Assembly (NCBI RefSeq): GCF_963921235.1
Contig: NC_086097.1
Location: 39,062,001-39,126,000 of the forward strand
Direction of reading: 5' to 3'
DNA: 64,000 bases
DNA from: Mobula hypostoma
Lineage: Eukaryota
Shown: positions 38,171-51,654 of the stretch, piece after piece
Layout of the letters: the number at the start of each line of letters is the position of its first letter
Position numbering within the stretch: position 1 is the first letter of the stretch
Translations under genes and position numbers: made by a program
The notes under the pieces: generated by a model
What the model was told of the DNA's origin: nothing
What the model saw: the letters and a program-made list of their open reading frames with translations, nothing else
The model's database searches: none

Positions 38171-38641
38171 TGCACCGACGGCTCACATGGCGACGGATTG
38201 ACTTGGTTGGGCCTTTCAGAGATATTGGGAGCGAAATTCGGGTGCATCAAGAGTCGTAGAAAGGAAAGGATGAAAGATTACCTCTTCCCCAAAGAACATG
38301 AACAAACACGATGCTTCTTTTCCCCCTCAACCCAGTCGTTTACGTGGTTATATTTCGGGTTATTTCCATCACGGTTCACCCGCAACACAGACACAGACCT
38401 TTTAAGGCAATAGTATTAATTTTAAATTCATGGTTTTCTTGATTGAACTTATGCCACTAAATTTTTTTGGTCCCGATTCTGGATTATTGTCCTGTCTATT
38501 ACACCAGTGCACCCAGGACAGTTTGAAAGATGGGAAATTGGCATTGCGTGCAATAAGAGATCTGAAATAAAAGGGTAACATGCACAGGCCATGGGATATT
38601 ATTTCTGATCAATAACTTTTCATTAACCCCACAGAACCACC

Positions 38642-38716
38642 ATGCAGCTATTTGTACGAGCTCAAAACACCCACACACTTGATGTGACTGGGGAAGAGAC
38701 AGTTGGGGAACTTAAG
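38642..38716 (+). CDS. FAU: FAU first coding exon (MQLFVRAQNTHTLDVTGEETVGELK)
   Basis: CAG acceptor at 38632-38634, CCACCATG Kozak context, AAG|GTAAG donor. Confidence 0.96.
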
Positions 38717-38935
38717 GTAAGCTGTTAACCTCACAGGTATGAGTCTGTTTTTGCCATTTTGATCACAATTCTTGATTGCAACAATTAGTCTTGCTTTGTG
38801 CAGATTTTCTTTTGTTGGATGTTTAGACTGATAACGAAGTTAAATTTTGGCCTGTAATAGAAAGTAATTGTTGCACATTAATTCTTGAAATGACTCAAGC
38901 TGGTATGCCTAAGAATTTATCTTAAACTCTTCCAG

Positions 38936-39080
38936 GCCCATATTGAATCATTGGAAGGTGTCTCTTCTGTTGATCAAGTTATCTTGTTGGCTGGCTCTCC
39001 CTTGGATGATGATGCTGTTATTGGACAGTGTGGTATCAGTGAGCACACTACTCTGGAAGTAGTTGCTCGATTATTGGGTG
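38936..39080 (+). CDS. FAU: FAU exon, FUBI domain (AHIESLEG...VARLLG)
   Basis: CAG and G|GTATGT sites; 145 nt; LLGG cleavage motif spans the junction. Confidence 0.96.
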
Positions 39081-39813
39081 GTATGTATTTTGTTGACTCA
39101 AATTTCTTTATTGTACCTACGGTCTATGCATGTGATAATGTTATAGTACTTTTGATTAAACTTTAAGAATGTCTCAGTCCATGGTTTCCTTTTAGTTGCC
39201 TTTTCTCAACAATTGAGGCTGCATGCGGGGTATTTACATCCTTTCAACTTAGTGGGCAGAAAGTTAGCTTTCCTCTTTCTACCTTCACTTTAAATATCTT
39301 CGATCATTTGGCTTTCATGGTCCTCCAGAGTTGTGCATTCTGTAAATCAACCATCTTTTCAGAAGTTCCTATGCACCTCAATTTTAAATGACCACTTCTA
39401 TTTTTGTGACAATGTCCTTACATTTTAGTCTCCCACTAATTTTGACATCCACCCTGTCGCTGGCCCGTTATGTTTCAGTAAGATCATAATACCAAATCCG
39501 AAGAATAGCAATCTCGTTTCTTTAGTTGCTCCTGTAGGAAAACATCCCAGGAATTGGGTCCAGTGTATCGGTTTTGAACTGCCTCCAATGCTAGAATTTC
39601 TTTTAATAAAGGAGAGTAAACAAGTGCAGTATTCTGGGTGTGGCCATGTTCTGTACATCTAACAATCCACCTGCTTAACTAAGGACTAAATTACCATTAC
39701 CTAACATATGTTGTGGATCTAGTTACCTTGGGAATAAATCTACTTCATAAGCTAGTTAGAATATTCTAAGTTGTTTACTACTAGAAATTAATGGCTTCTC
39801 TCTCTCTTGCTAG

Positions 39814-39869
39814 GTAAAGTTCATGGGTCCCTTGCTCGTGCTGGTAAAGTGAAGGGTCAAACACCAAAA
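39814..39869 (+). CDS. FAU: FAU exon, start of eS30 ([19 protein letters not shown])
   Basis: TAG acceptor, GTAAGT donor; eS30 signature. Confidence 0.97.
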
Positions 39870-40223
39870 GTAAGTTTAACTGAAGGAATGCTCGATGAAG
39901 CTCCTTTAGGGTTTGTGTGTAATGTTGGTGTATGTGTAGATTTGATATATTAGTGGGAGATTAGAAAGTTTTTTTAAAATGAGGTTATCATTTAAAAAAA
40001 ATCTTTTTTGGTTGTCTTCCTATCCTTATTTTGGTTTGGAAATGTATTCTGCATTCACTTTGTACTTCAAGTGTTAATTTTCTTGCAAAATACTGTCTTT
40101 GCTTGGAACAGTATATGCATGGTTCCCAGTCTAGCAGGCTGTAACTCAAAACCAGCATTCTGACATTAGAGCCAAATGTAAAAGCTGATTTTGTTATAAT
40201 TGCCATGAATTTCCACAAATTAA

Positions 40224-40370
<147 letters not shown>

Positions 40371-42336
40371 ATTTGTCATCTAAAATGTTGCCTTCTGCAG
40401 ATATGATTGTATGTATTGGAGTTGATATGAAAAATCAATGAAATGGTGACTTGCCTCAGGATATTCTAATAGGATTAATAAAGATTACCACCATAATATT
40501 CTTGTCCAGTTTTATACACTTGTATATATTCATCATGTCAAAGCTTACAAAATGATTTGCTCTGCCTATATCAGTTCACTGTCCCCTCACACTGTTTCAG
40601 ATGGTAATTGTTCTGATTGCAAAAACACCTTTAAATCCTGTTTAGATCCTTTAAAATATGTTGTCTGGTTATAATCACCAGTCCTAATAGAATTTCAATG
40701 TTTATTATTTATCCACATATGCCATGTAAAATTACCACTATAAAGTTCCCTTCCAATGGTAACCAGCCGTGCACTATCTTTCAAACATGTCCTAATTTAA
40801 CAGTGCAGTTTCCACACCTTGGAATAGAAGCTTCTGTATAATGTGGAAGAATGGAGAAGGATTTGGAAAACAACAGCAATGGGACATTTCATCCATGCGT
40901 GATTCTGGATTGGAATGGACTATTTCCTCCTTGGTAGCTATTATTGGCATAAACATCATTAGAGAACTTTGTCAGGACAATTAGAATGGATTACTAACAC
41001 CAATAGCCAGACAGCAAGATCCTGCAGCCAGTGTTTGGGAAGCTGAGAAGTAGCATCTCCAAAGGTAGAAACTGCCATTTTAATGTGTCCTACAGAACTG
41101 GTTATTCTACCGATGGAAGGAGAGACTGGTCATAGCCTATGTGAATTCACTAATGGGGCAAGTTTAAACTTAAAACAATAGCCCTTGGATGGGATCAGAC
41201 CAAGAAACTATTCAAAATCTTTAAAAAGTGCATATGTATGAAGCATGTTCTGTGCACAGAGCCACATGGTGTTATACTAAAAGCTAAAACTTAACTCTAC
41301 ACAAGATATGCCAAATATTCCTGAGCAGATGTCACAATTCAACAAAACAATGGTTCAACCAGTTAAGACAACTGCATCCAACCCTTGTCCTTTCACTTTA
41401 GAATCAAAAGGTCCAGGAGCAGCTACCAAAAATTAATAGAATTGAGTGTTTGAATTCAATTAAGTGCATAGGTGAAAGAACTGAACATCGTCCTAAAATT
41501 AGAGAAAACAATAGATGAGTTGATACCTATTCATTATAATGGAGGAGCTACACAGCATGGAAAGATATTTGCATACTTGGGTCTCAAAACATGACACAGA
41601 TTTGGAATGATTGGGAAAAAGATGTATTGGGAGGGGGAGTGGGGAACATTAGAATAACTTTTTAATCTAGTGAGTTCCCAGGTTCTGCAATGCATTGCCT
41701 GAAAAAAATACTGGAAGCAAACCCACTCATTTGCATTTGAAATGGGATTTGATACAGTAGTTTCCTACTTCTCTGCATCTAAGGTTAGAGCTGAGACACG
41801 AAAATGAATCGTAGAGCTGGTATAGGTGAATAGCTGTCCGCTTTCTCATGACTATCTTTCGTACTTGCTCTTATTTTCCATCTGTTGCATAAAATAAAGA
41901 ACAAGTGCAGAGACACTGCCAGATTTCAGCATTCTGCTTAATTGTAATGATGTATTTCCCCTTAAGAGAAACTATCTCAGTGCATAATGTGTAAAAGTAT
42001 GAAAAGCTTACAGGTGATAAATATCAACACACAATACATAGTTATCTTTCAGTAAAACAACACAATTCACAATTTAGAATATCTGTGGAGGCTCCAAAAC
42101 AGCTTTATTTTGTTTTGGCAGTTTTTATCTTGTTCCAAGCATCATTCCACCATCAGCATAGTATGTAATAATACACAATACTTGAAATTCACTTAGGCTT
42201 TGTACAAATTCACAATTTTGTCCAGAAGATGCATATTTTAGTATTCAATTATCTTGTTCTACGGAGATCTTTTTGAGCAACATTGGACAGTTTAGAGGTA
42301 ATATTCTCAAGCACGATCTTGAAGATGTATTTGGGG

Positions 42337-42391
42337 TTATTCAATATCCACGAGCTCAACTTCAAAAATAAGTTTAGCATTTGGTGGAATC
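42337..42391 (-). CDS. FKBP3: FKBP3 exon 7 (KIPPNAKLIFEVELVDIE*)
   Basis: U12 branch point TCCTTAAC then CAG; FKBP C-terminal motif; minus-strand AATAAA at 42104-42109. Confidence 0.95.
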
Positions 42392-45300
42392 CTGATATCC
42401 AGTTAAGGAGAATCCTGAGAATTCCACTTATCAAGCGACGGTTCCACTGAAAAAAAAAGTTCTCTATGATCCTGACCTGTGATCGTTTGACAGTTTACAT
42501 ACCGCCAAAAGCAGAAATAAAAAAAACAATTGATGCCACAATTAACAATCAAGAATCAGCCTACCTTGACACCTTTCAAATAATTGTCAGGTACTTAAAT
42601 CAGACTTCTTTGAAGAAAATTGCACAATTACCATCAACATACCACCTGTAGCACCAGGGAACCCAACACACATGCCTTGGAAAGCCTACCGTTCCATGCC
42701 TAGAGATCTTTTTGGGAAATCTGATCACTTAGCTGTCCTGCTCATATATAAGCAGCGGCTAAAGAGCAAGGCTCCAAAGATAAGTACAACCAAGAGGTGG
42801 TTGTAGGAGGCTGAGGAACGGTTGTCAGATTGCTTCGAGTCGGTAGACTGGGCCGCGTTTGGGGACTAAAGATGTGAACAAATACACCATGACTGTCCTG
42901 CACTTAATAACAAGAGTTGTAGACTAATGTATCCCTATAAAATCATTCTGATTTCCCCAACCAGAAGTCCTGGATGAACCATGGGATCTGCAATCTGCTG
43001 AGGACCAGATCAGTGGCATTCAGGTTGCGACCCAAAGATACAATCTCCAGAAAGCTATCTCACGTGTGAAGTGGCAATTCTGGGCCAAACTTGAATCACT
43101 GAAGGATCCTCGACAGCTGTGGCAGGGCTTGACTGTTACCACTCCCTACAAAGTGAAACCAAGTGACATAGGCGACAACAAGGCTTAGGGCTTTGACCCC
43201 ACCCAGATGAGCTCAATGCCGTTTATGCTCACTTTGACCATCAAAACATGGAGGAATTTTCTCAAACTCCCATAGCCCCTAATGACCCGGTGATTTCAGT
43301 CTGAGGCTGACGGGAGAGCATCATTCAGGAGGGTGAACCCATGGAAAGCATCTGGCCCAGATGGAGCACCTGGCTGAGTTCAAGCACCTGTGCTAATGAA
43401 CTGCCTGGAGTGTTCACCAATTATCTTTAACCTCTCGCTTTGACAGTCTGAGGTACCCACCTGCTTCAATTATACCAGTGCCAAAGAAGAACGTGGTAAC
43501 CTGTCTCAATGACTATTGTCCAGTAGCACTTACATCCACTATGATGAAGAGTTTTGAGAGGTTGATGATGAAATATTACAATTCATGGCTGAGAACTGAC
43601 TTGGATCCACTCCAATTTTCCTACCATCACTATAGGTCAACAGCAGATGCTGTTTCTCTGGCTCTTCACTGAACCACGGAACATCTGGACAGCCAAGATG
43701 CATACATCAGGATGCTCTTCATTGACTACAGCTCAGCACCCAATACTATCATCCTTTTGAATCTAAGTCAATAAGCTTCAAGTCGGAGGCCTTAATATCC
43801 TCTTCTGCAACTGGATCCTTGATTTCCACACTCGGAGACCTATTAGTTCGGATTGGCAGCAACATCTGCTCCACAATCTCCATCAGCACTCGTTCACCAC
43901 AAGGTTGTGTGCTTAGTCCCCTGCTCTGCTCACTTTATACTTATGACTGTGAGGCTAAGCACAGTTCCAATGCTACCTTCAAATTTGCTGACAACACCAC
44001 TGTCATTGGTTGAATCAAAGGTGGTGATGTATCAGCATATAGGAGGGAGACTGACAATCTGGCTGAGAGGTGCCACGACAACCTCTCATTCAATGTCAGC
44101 AAAACCAATGAGTTGATTATTGACTTCAGGAGGGGGAAAACTGGAGGTCTTCATCAGGGGATCGGAGGACAGCAACTTTAAATTCCTCAGTGTTATCATT
44201 TCAGAGGATCTGTCCTGGGTCCATTACAAAGAAAGCACAACAGTGCCTCTACTTTCTTAGAAGTTTGTGAAGACTCAGCATGTCATTTAAAACTTTGACA
44301 AACTTCTATAGATGTGTGGTGGAGAGTATATTGGCTAGATGCATCACAGCCTGTATAGAAAAAAGAATGCCCTTGTATAGAAAAGCCTACATTAAGCCAT
44401 GGATACGACCCAGTCCATCACGGGAGCCTTTGATAGTGTTGGGCCTGTACTCACTGGAATGAGGGGGAATATCATTGAAACCTGTCGAATATTGAAAGGC
44501 CTCAATAGAGATGTGGAGAGGATGTTTCCTATGGCAAGGGAGTCTAAGACCAGAGGACAAAGCCTCAGAATAGAGGGACGTCCACTTAGAACAGATATGA
44601 GGAGGAATTTCTTTAGCTAGAGAGTTGTGAATTTGTGGCACAGGCAGGTGTGGAGGTCAAGTCATTGGGTATATTTAAGGCAGAGGCTTTAGATTCTTGA
44701 TTAATCAGGGCTTGAAGGGTTATAGGAAGAAGGCAAGAGATTGGGGCTGAGGGGGAAATGGATCAGCCAGGATGAAACGGTAGAGTAAACTCAATGGGCC
44801 AAGTGGTCTAATTCTGCTCCTATGTCTTATGGTCTTAAGGGTAAACCCCTCACCACCATTGAGCACATTTACACAGAGCAGCATCCATCAACAAGGACCC
44901 CACCATCAAGGCCATGCTCTTTTCTCTCTGCTGCCATCAAGAAAGTGGATCAGGAGCCTCAGGACCACACAACCAGGTTTCGGAACAGTTATTACCCCTC
45001 AACCAACAGGCTTTTAAACCAGAGGAAATAACTTCACTCACCCCATCACTGAACTGCTCCCACTACCTAGGGACTCACTTGAAGACTTTCGTCTCATGTT
45101 CTCGATATCTTTTTAAAAATCGTTTCTTCTATTTTTCTTTCTGTTTCTGTAGTTTGTTGTTTTTGTTTTGCACATTGGTTTGACGTCTGCCCTGTTGGGT
45201 GTGGTGTTTCATTGATTCTCTTGTGTTTCTTGTGTTTACCCACAAGAAAATGAACCTCAGGGTTGTGTATGGTGACATATGTGTACATTGATAATAAATT

Positions 45301-45785
45301 GACTCTGAACTCCAAAACCAAAGTTACATAATCAATTCAGATAAACTGCATTGGAGCTGAGCTACGAGGATATTCTAATGGACAAAAACAAAAATTGAAG
45401 TAATGCATTACTAGATTAGCCAAAAGTTCTGTGGCATGAATTGGCATTGCAAATCTCGAAAGTTTGTTCAGCTCAACGGATCTAACTTATATTCACATAA
45501 CAGCAGAGAAAAATCTGCTTATTTAATGCAATCATAGCAGCAAACTGGAGACTTCTGTTGCAAGATTGCACACTACATGTCCTCTACAGAGCACATTCAC
45601 GTTGAGTTAATTCTGTCTAGAAAGGTGTACCAATAGAACCAGAAAGCATAACTTACGTGTACAAAAGAATTAATCATTTTTATAATTGTAAAATTATAAA
45701 TTTTTTCTACAGAAGTACTATAGACATGCTTCTCTGCATCTGCAATATTAAGTTTTTCGCTAAGCTACCACAGGGAAAAGGATAC
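42392..45785 (-). other. FKBP3: U12-type (minor spliceosome) GT-AG intron of FKBP3
   Basis: Donor GTATCCTTT; branch point TCCTTAAC at 42409-42402, 10 nt from the acceptor end; no polypyrimidine tract. Confidence 0.93.
42640..45310 (+). mobile_element. Long decayed Rex1/Babar-like LINE with a nested CR1 3' fragment (~44430-44835)
   Basis: PKKNVVTCLNDYCPVALTS, DPLQFSY, PQGCVLSPLL, KFADNTT; CR1 part SKTRGQSLRIEG. Confidence 0.85.
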
Positions 45786-45883
45786 TTGGCTTCTGGTTGC
45801 CCTTTCTTACCGTAACCCCAATCAGATTCAATCTGTATCCGGGACTTTTCTCCTTTACTCATAGTCAGAAGAGCTTCATCCCA
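45786..45883 (-). CDS. FKBP3: FKBP3 exon 6 (WDEALLTMSKGEK...GKKGQPEA)
   Basis: CAG acceptor; 98 nt; FKBP PPIase motif. Confidence 0.95.
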
Positions 45884-46682
45884 CTGTTGAGAGACAAGTC
45901 TGTTGATTCAGCAGCAAACAGAAGATGAATACTAAACATTCAAAAGAATCTTCCCAATTGACTGACCTGATGTGATCATTTTCAATCCATCCCAGAAAGT
46001 CCTAGATTTATTACTGGTCTTTGCTGACACTCGTCAAACTGGCTTGCCAGAAATAGTGTAATGAAAGGGAAATCATACTGAAGAATTCTGCTGGTAGATT
46101 TGCTGTAGCATGCAAGAGTCTGTTCACTGCATGGCCACAAGATTAGATAGTTGTTTTCTCTATTGGCAACTTGTGCATTCACTCATTCCTGTTTTTATTT
46201 TATTTTGAGATACGGTGAGGAACAGGTTCTCCCAGCCCAATGACACACACTGCTCAGCAACCCACCTACTTAACACTAGCCTAATCAAAGGACAATTTGC
46301 AATGACTGCTAACCGGTATATCCTTGGAACGGAGCACGTGGAAGAAACCTTCTTACAGGCGGCGTCGGAACTGAACTACGAACTCCAACACCCTGAGCTG
46401 TAATCTTATGGGCTTATTTGAGGAGGGGTAATAAATTAGTTATATGGAATAGCAGAGCAGACATGATGGGCTGAATGGCCTAATTCTGCTCCTATTGTCT
46501 AATGGTGTTAATAGATTTGCATTAAACCTGCTACCGTGAGATTATCATTACCAGTGCAGATTAACAAAGCACCTTCTCTGCAGAAGACAAATGCAGTGAA
46601 AAATAAAAAACAGAAATTCATGCTAATTTGAAGACAGATCCGGCTCACGCATGTGCCACTCAAATCCAAGTTATGTACTAAC

Positions 46683-46750
46683 CCCTCGGATAACCTTTCC
46701 AACTCCTACTTTAAAGCTGAAAGGCTTTGCTGCCTTCTTCTTTTTTGAGC
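46683..46750 (-). CDS. FKBP3: FKBP3 exon 5 (GSKKKKAAKPFSFKVGVGKVIRG)
   Basis: CAG and GTTAGT sites; basic loop typical of FKBP25. Confidence 0.95.
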
Positions 46751-47299
46751 CTGTTAAAAGAAAGTAATGATTTAAAAGCCGGTTCTATTAAAGTTCTTCT
46801 ATGCATGCACTGATACCTCAAAGGGCAATAATTTGCTACAGTACTTTTGGTCCTCCTGTTTGAATATTCATAATTATGCATCTTCAAGAACTTCAAAATA
46901 GCTACCCGTTTGTGCTGCGTTCTGCTTGCATCCCCACAGCATGAAATCATCCAGGACTCAGCATGCAGAAGCTGCCTGTGAGAACTGGTGTTGGGCAGGC
47001 AGGGACACGAGATGTGCGGCTCAGGGTTAGACCTTGGCTGGGAAGGTAAAAGTGCTGGGACCGGCAGCACTTGATCCAAGTGTGGACAGACTGCTTGGAT
47101 CCGAGAAGTCTGGCTCACTATCTCCTCATGGATGTGATGGAAGCTGCTACTGCCCACTCTCCTTGTTTTGCCAGCTCTCCCCAGCCTCGTGATATCTCCT
47201 AGGCAACAAGCTTACCAGTGCTTGCTGATCATTCAGGGACACCTTCTCAACAACAGAAGCTATGTGCAGCAAATGCTGCCTTGCCATCAACATTGTTGG

Positions 47300-47990
47300 C
47301 AAGAGGGCGTACAGGAGTGAGATACAGCAGCTAGTTGAGTGGTATCGCAGCAACAGCCTCGCACTCAATGTCAGAACTGATCGTGGACTTCAGGAAGTTT
47401 AAGACGAGGAAACATACACCAGGCCTCATAGAGCAGTCAGAAGTGGAAAGAGTGGGCAATTTCAAGTTCTCAGGTGTCACTGTCTCTGAGGATCTAACCT
47501 GGACCCAACATGTCAATACAGCTACAAAGGCGGCACAACAGTGGCCATATTTCATTAGGAGGAAATTTGGTATGTCACCAAAGACAAATTTCTACAGATG
47601 TACTGTGGAGAGCATTCTAACTGGGTGATTCACCGTCTGCTATGGATGGGCGCTGCACAGGATCGAAATAAGCTGCCAGGGGGTTGTAAACTTAGTCAGC
47701 TCCACAATGGGCACTAGCTTTCATAGTATCCAGGACACCTTCAAGGAGCGGTACCTCAGAAAGGCAGCATCCATCATTAGGGACCCCAATCACCAGGTCA
47801 TGCCCTCTTCTCATTGCTACCTTCAGGAAGCAGGTACAGAAGTACAAAGGCACACCCTCAGCAATTCAGTAACAGCCTTTTCCCCCTCTGCCATCCGATT
47901 TCTAAATGTACATTGAACCCATGAACACTACCTCTAATTTTTAAAACTTCTATTTTTACACTACTTATTTAACTATTTAATATATACACT
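47300..47990 (+). mobile_element. Rex1/Babar-like LINE 3' part
   Basis: ELIVDFRK, EDLTWTQH, FYRCTVESILTG. Confidence 0.75.
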
Positions 47991-47994
47991 TACT

Positions 47995-48528
47995 ATAGAA
48001 ACATAGAAAATAGGTGCAGGAGTAGGCCCTTCGAGCCTGCACCGCCATTTATTATGATCATGACTGATCATCCAACTCAGAAACCCGCCCCAGCCTTCCC
48101 TCCATACCCCCTGACCCCTGTAGCCACAAGGGCCATATCTAACTCCCTCTTAAACATAGCCAATGAACTGGCCTCAACAGTTTCCTGTGCCTTTTCAGAA
48201 TGGCAGGCGGTGACTAGTGGGGTACCGCAAGGCTCAGTGCTGGGACCCCAGTTGTTTACAATATATATTAATGACTTGGATGAGGGAATTAAATGCAGCA
48301 TCTCCAAGTTTGCGGATGACACGAAGCTGGGTGGCAGTGTTAGCAGTGAGGAGGATGCTAAGAGGATGCAGGGTGACTTGGATAGGTTGGGTGAGTGGGC
48401 AAACTCATGGCAGATGCAATTTAATGTGGATAAATGTGAAAAGTGGGGTTACATTAGCCACCCTCCAATCCTCAGGAACTAGTCCAGAATCTAACGAGTT
48501 TTGAAAAATTATCACTAATGCATCACTA
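47995..48528. mobile_element. Rearranged CR1 insertion in three pieces (-/+/-)
   Basis: Pieces match 11990-12187 (reversed), 11145-11393 (forward) and 10678-10766 (reversed) of the other CR1 copy. Confidence 0.85.
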
Positions 48529-48738
48529 ATTCTCATTTTCCCCCCTATTACGTATTGCATTGCACTGTTGCCACAAAAGCAACAAATTTCATGACATACA
48601 CCGGTGATATTGAACCTGATTCTGAACACTGGTGTGCTGTGAACACATAAATAAAGCTTGGTGCAAGAGGCAACATCGTATCTTACAGACTGTTATACCC
48701 CAAATTAGCAAAACGTTTTTGCTCCTTATGTTGCTTAC

Positions 48739-48874
48739 CAGAAGCAACATTTGAGTCAAACACGGTCCCATCTTCTAACATCCCTGTATACCAGCAGTGA
48801 ACTGTGTCGCCCTTCTTGGGAAAGTTGATTTTGTCACCTTTTTGCAACATTGTTTTGGTATACTTTGGTGGTTC
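48739..48874 (-). CDS. FKBP3: FKBP3 exon 4 (EPPKYTKTMLQKGDK...GTVFDSNVAS)
   Basis: TTTCAG and G|GTAAGC sites; 136 nt; VHCWYTG..DG..FD motif. Confidence 0.96.
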
Positions 48875-49292
48875 CTGAAATTGATGAAAAGGCACAGTTA
48901 ACAACTGCTGTATTGTATAAAATTTTATTCTCAAATTACAAATCTATTATTTCAAATAAACCAAGCTGCAATATAAGGAATCATTAACCAAAGGTGAAAC
49001 ATTAAGAGTGGGCAAGTTCAAACTATTGCCTGAAGATGGAGACAATCAGCAAGGAAGTCTCAGCAAAAGGGTCTGACTACAAATTCTGTCCTTTATAATT
49101 TATTCAGGTGTTTATACACAGTTGGTTTTTAACCACTGACCTGAGGGTATTGGGAACAGAGTCACTCACTGTTGTGCCCATCCTGGGAAATCTATGACCC
49201 AGGAACAAGGTTCAAATGAAGTTTGAATTCAGAAAGTGATAAGCATCAAGTTTCGGTTATTCAGACTGCAAAAGGCTTTAGCTTAAAAAAAA

Positions 49293-49455
49293 AGCAACAC
49301 ACATCAAAGTTGCTGGTGAACGCAGCAGGCCAGGCAGCATCTCTAGGAAGTGGTACAGTCAACGTTTCAGGCCGAGACCCTTCATCAGGACTAAATGAAG
49401 GAAGAGCTAGTAAGAGATTTGAAAGTGGGAGGGGGAGGGGGAGATCCAAAATGAT
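49293..49455 (-). mobile_element. Solo Penelope pLTR fragment with hammerhead motif (49356-49392)
   Basis: Close match to 25218-25380; AGUC-CUGAUGA-A-GGGUCUCGGCCU-GAAAC-GUU-GACU. Confidence 0.85.
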
Positions 49456-49887
49456 ATCATTTCATCCAAAATCCTTCGAAATTGCGTAGCTTTTTTTTTT
49501 AACCTCATAATTAATCTTTCTTTCCCACTCTTTATTCCATTTTATGCAGATGATTTGTCACTGAATCTACCTGCTCTAATTCACTTTCTTCTTAAGAGTT
49601 TTGACATAATTGGATAAGGAGATGGTTATTTTGTCTATTGACCATCGAAACTTAAATGCCTTTGCTGTGCTCCTATCAGTTTGTGGCAATAGCAATGGCA
49701 TTAATAAAACAGTGGAAAAATCGAAAGCTGGAGCTGCAAGTTGATCTGCTTAACTGACATCTATTGATTAATTGTATAATGCCATGTCAAAAAAGTAACC
49801 CCAATAAATCAATTTAAATAATCAGCAGATCTGAAATATAAATACATTAATTTTACAAAACAAAACTCTCCAATTCCACATACTAAC

Positions 49888-50001
49888 CTCACTTGCAGTC
49901 AATTCAGGTTTTTTCGCCTTTGCTTTGTCCTGAGCCGTCCCCACTTTCACATCTTTAAGCTGCTGGGTGACTTTTTCTGTAGATTCAGTGCCTTTAAATC
50001 T
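49888..50001 (-). CDS. FKBP3: FKBP3 exon 3 (RFKGTESTEKV...PELTASE)
   Basis: CTGCAG and GAG|GTTAGT sites; 114 nt in frame. Confidence 0.92.
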
Positions 50002-51654
50002 CTGCAGGTCAAGGAACACGAGGTTATTTCTTCAGATAACACCCGAGATTGCAGTTTTCTGATTAAGCAAAGCAACATCTGATTAGAGGCTATGAGAACT
50101 TCAAAAGAAGTATTTGGAATTAGGTTATTATTGTCACATGTACAGAAGTGCAGCGAAAACCCGTATCTTGCAGACTGTTCACAGAACAAATCAGTACACA
50201 GTGCATTGTGTTAGTACAAGGCAAAAAAAAAGGTAGAATAAAGGGCAACACCTACAGAGAAAGTGAGGTAGAATGTGATGTCAGAAGTCCATCTTACCAT
50301 ACGAAGGATTTTCTTATATAAATGTGTAATAACCAGAATAAACTAAATAAAAAATGGCACAGGATTACTTTCCCCGGGATGTTTTCCTGGAATGAGGAAT
50401 AAGAGGTTGGTAATGATAGCACTGTTATAATAGGAACTGAGATGTTTCTTACATGATTGAAATGAAGCTTCAAAACAATGAAACATTTACATGGAGTTGT
50501 CAGGAAATTGCACTACCTTCTCATGAGTAAATCAGTATCAAAATCATTGTCAAAACAGCCAGAGGAGAATGGGAATTATCTCCACACACTCATTGGAATG
50601 GGGATCTGGAACGTTGTACAAGGTTCTAGTGCAGATTCCATAAGTAATTTTTAAAACAGATGCAGTGGAGCTTTAAGAACCCAAGTCAAAAAGATGGGGC
50701 ATATAATGTGTACAATTGTTCCTTCAAAGAGAAATACACAATGGAACTGCATTTTTCCAATTATAACGCCCAGATGGTCAGTTGTTAGTAAAGAGGAACA
50801 AATATTATCAGGACAGCACGGAAATACCTCACTTTCCTCTTAATATACCGCCCAGCGCTCCTTTACATCCTCACCAGAGCTCGTATGGAACCTTAGTTTA
50901 ACTTTTCACTCCCAAAAAATTGTCAACTTCCAACAGCTCATCACTTACAGAATGCACTGCAGAGGCAGGCAATATTTGTGGGTTTTCCGGTTGGACTTCA
51001 AACAAAACCATACAACTCAAAAGCTAAGAGTTGAGCAAAATGGGAACATCTAGCAGCTGTTCCCTCAGAACAGTGCATGCATAGAACACGCTGTCAACTC
51101 AAGCCGAATGCTTCTTTGTTAAATCCCTTCACACAACAGCTGAGATCTTGTTCAGCAGCAATGAAGATCACATAGTATACCAGTTGGGCACTGTATAACG
51201 TCAATCAGAACTGGAAAAGTTTTGATCGCCTTAAGGAAGTGAACAAGGAATTTCCAGATTATATTTCTACAATGGGCTTCCATGTTTAAAACTGGGCTTT
51301 TGCAAATAAAGAGCTTACAGGTAGTGATGTTAATTTGATATATGTTGTGAGATACAGATGACATAATAATATGTAATAGATAGGATGGGCAAGTCCTGTT
51401 TTTATACATTTCTTTCATTAGGCCAATGACCTCAAACTTAATTCATGATGTCAAGTGTTGTGTCACACCCCTACCAAATGTTACAAAAATAAAACATTAT
51501 ATCAACATTATAGGGAATTAGAATATCATTCATTACATTCAAAAAGAACTTTTTCGATGTTTGCAAAGCTGAAATATGGAATGTTGATTAAATGATTGTA
51601 GACGGTTGCATTTAAGAACAAAATGGGCAACGAATATTTAAAACAATCCTTTAC

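Noticed and set aside
46711..47300. 148-aa ORF and GC-richer block in FKBP3 intron 4
   Set aside because: No recognisable domain or clean exon boundaries; origin unresolved
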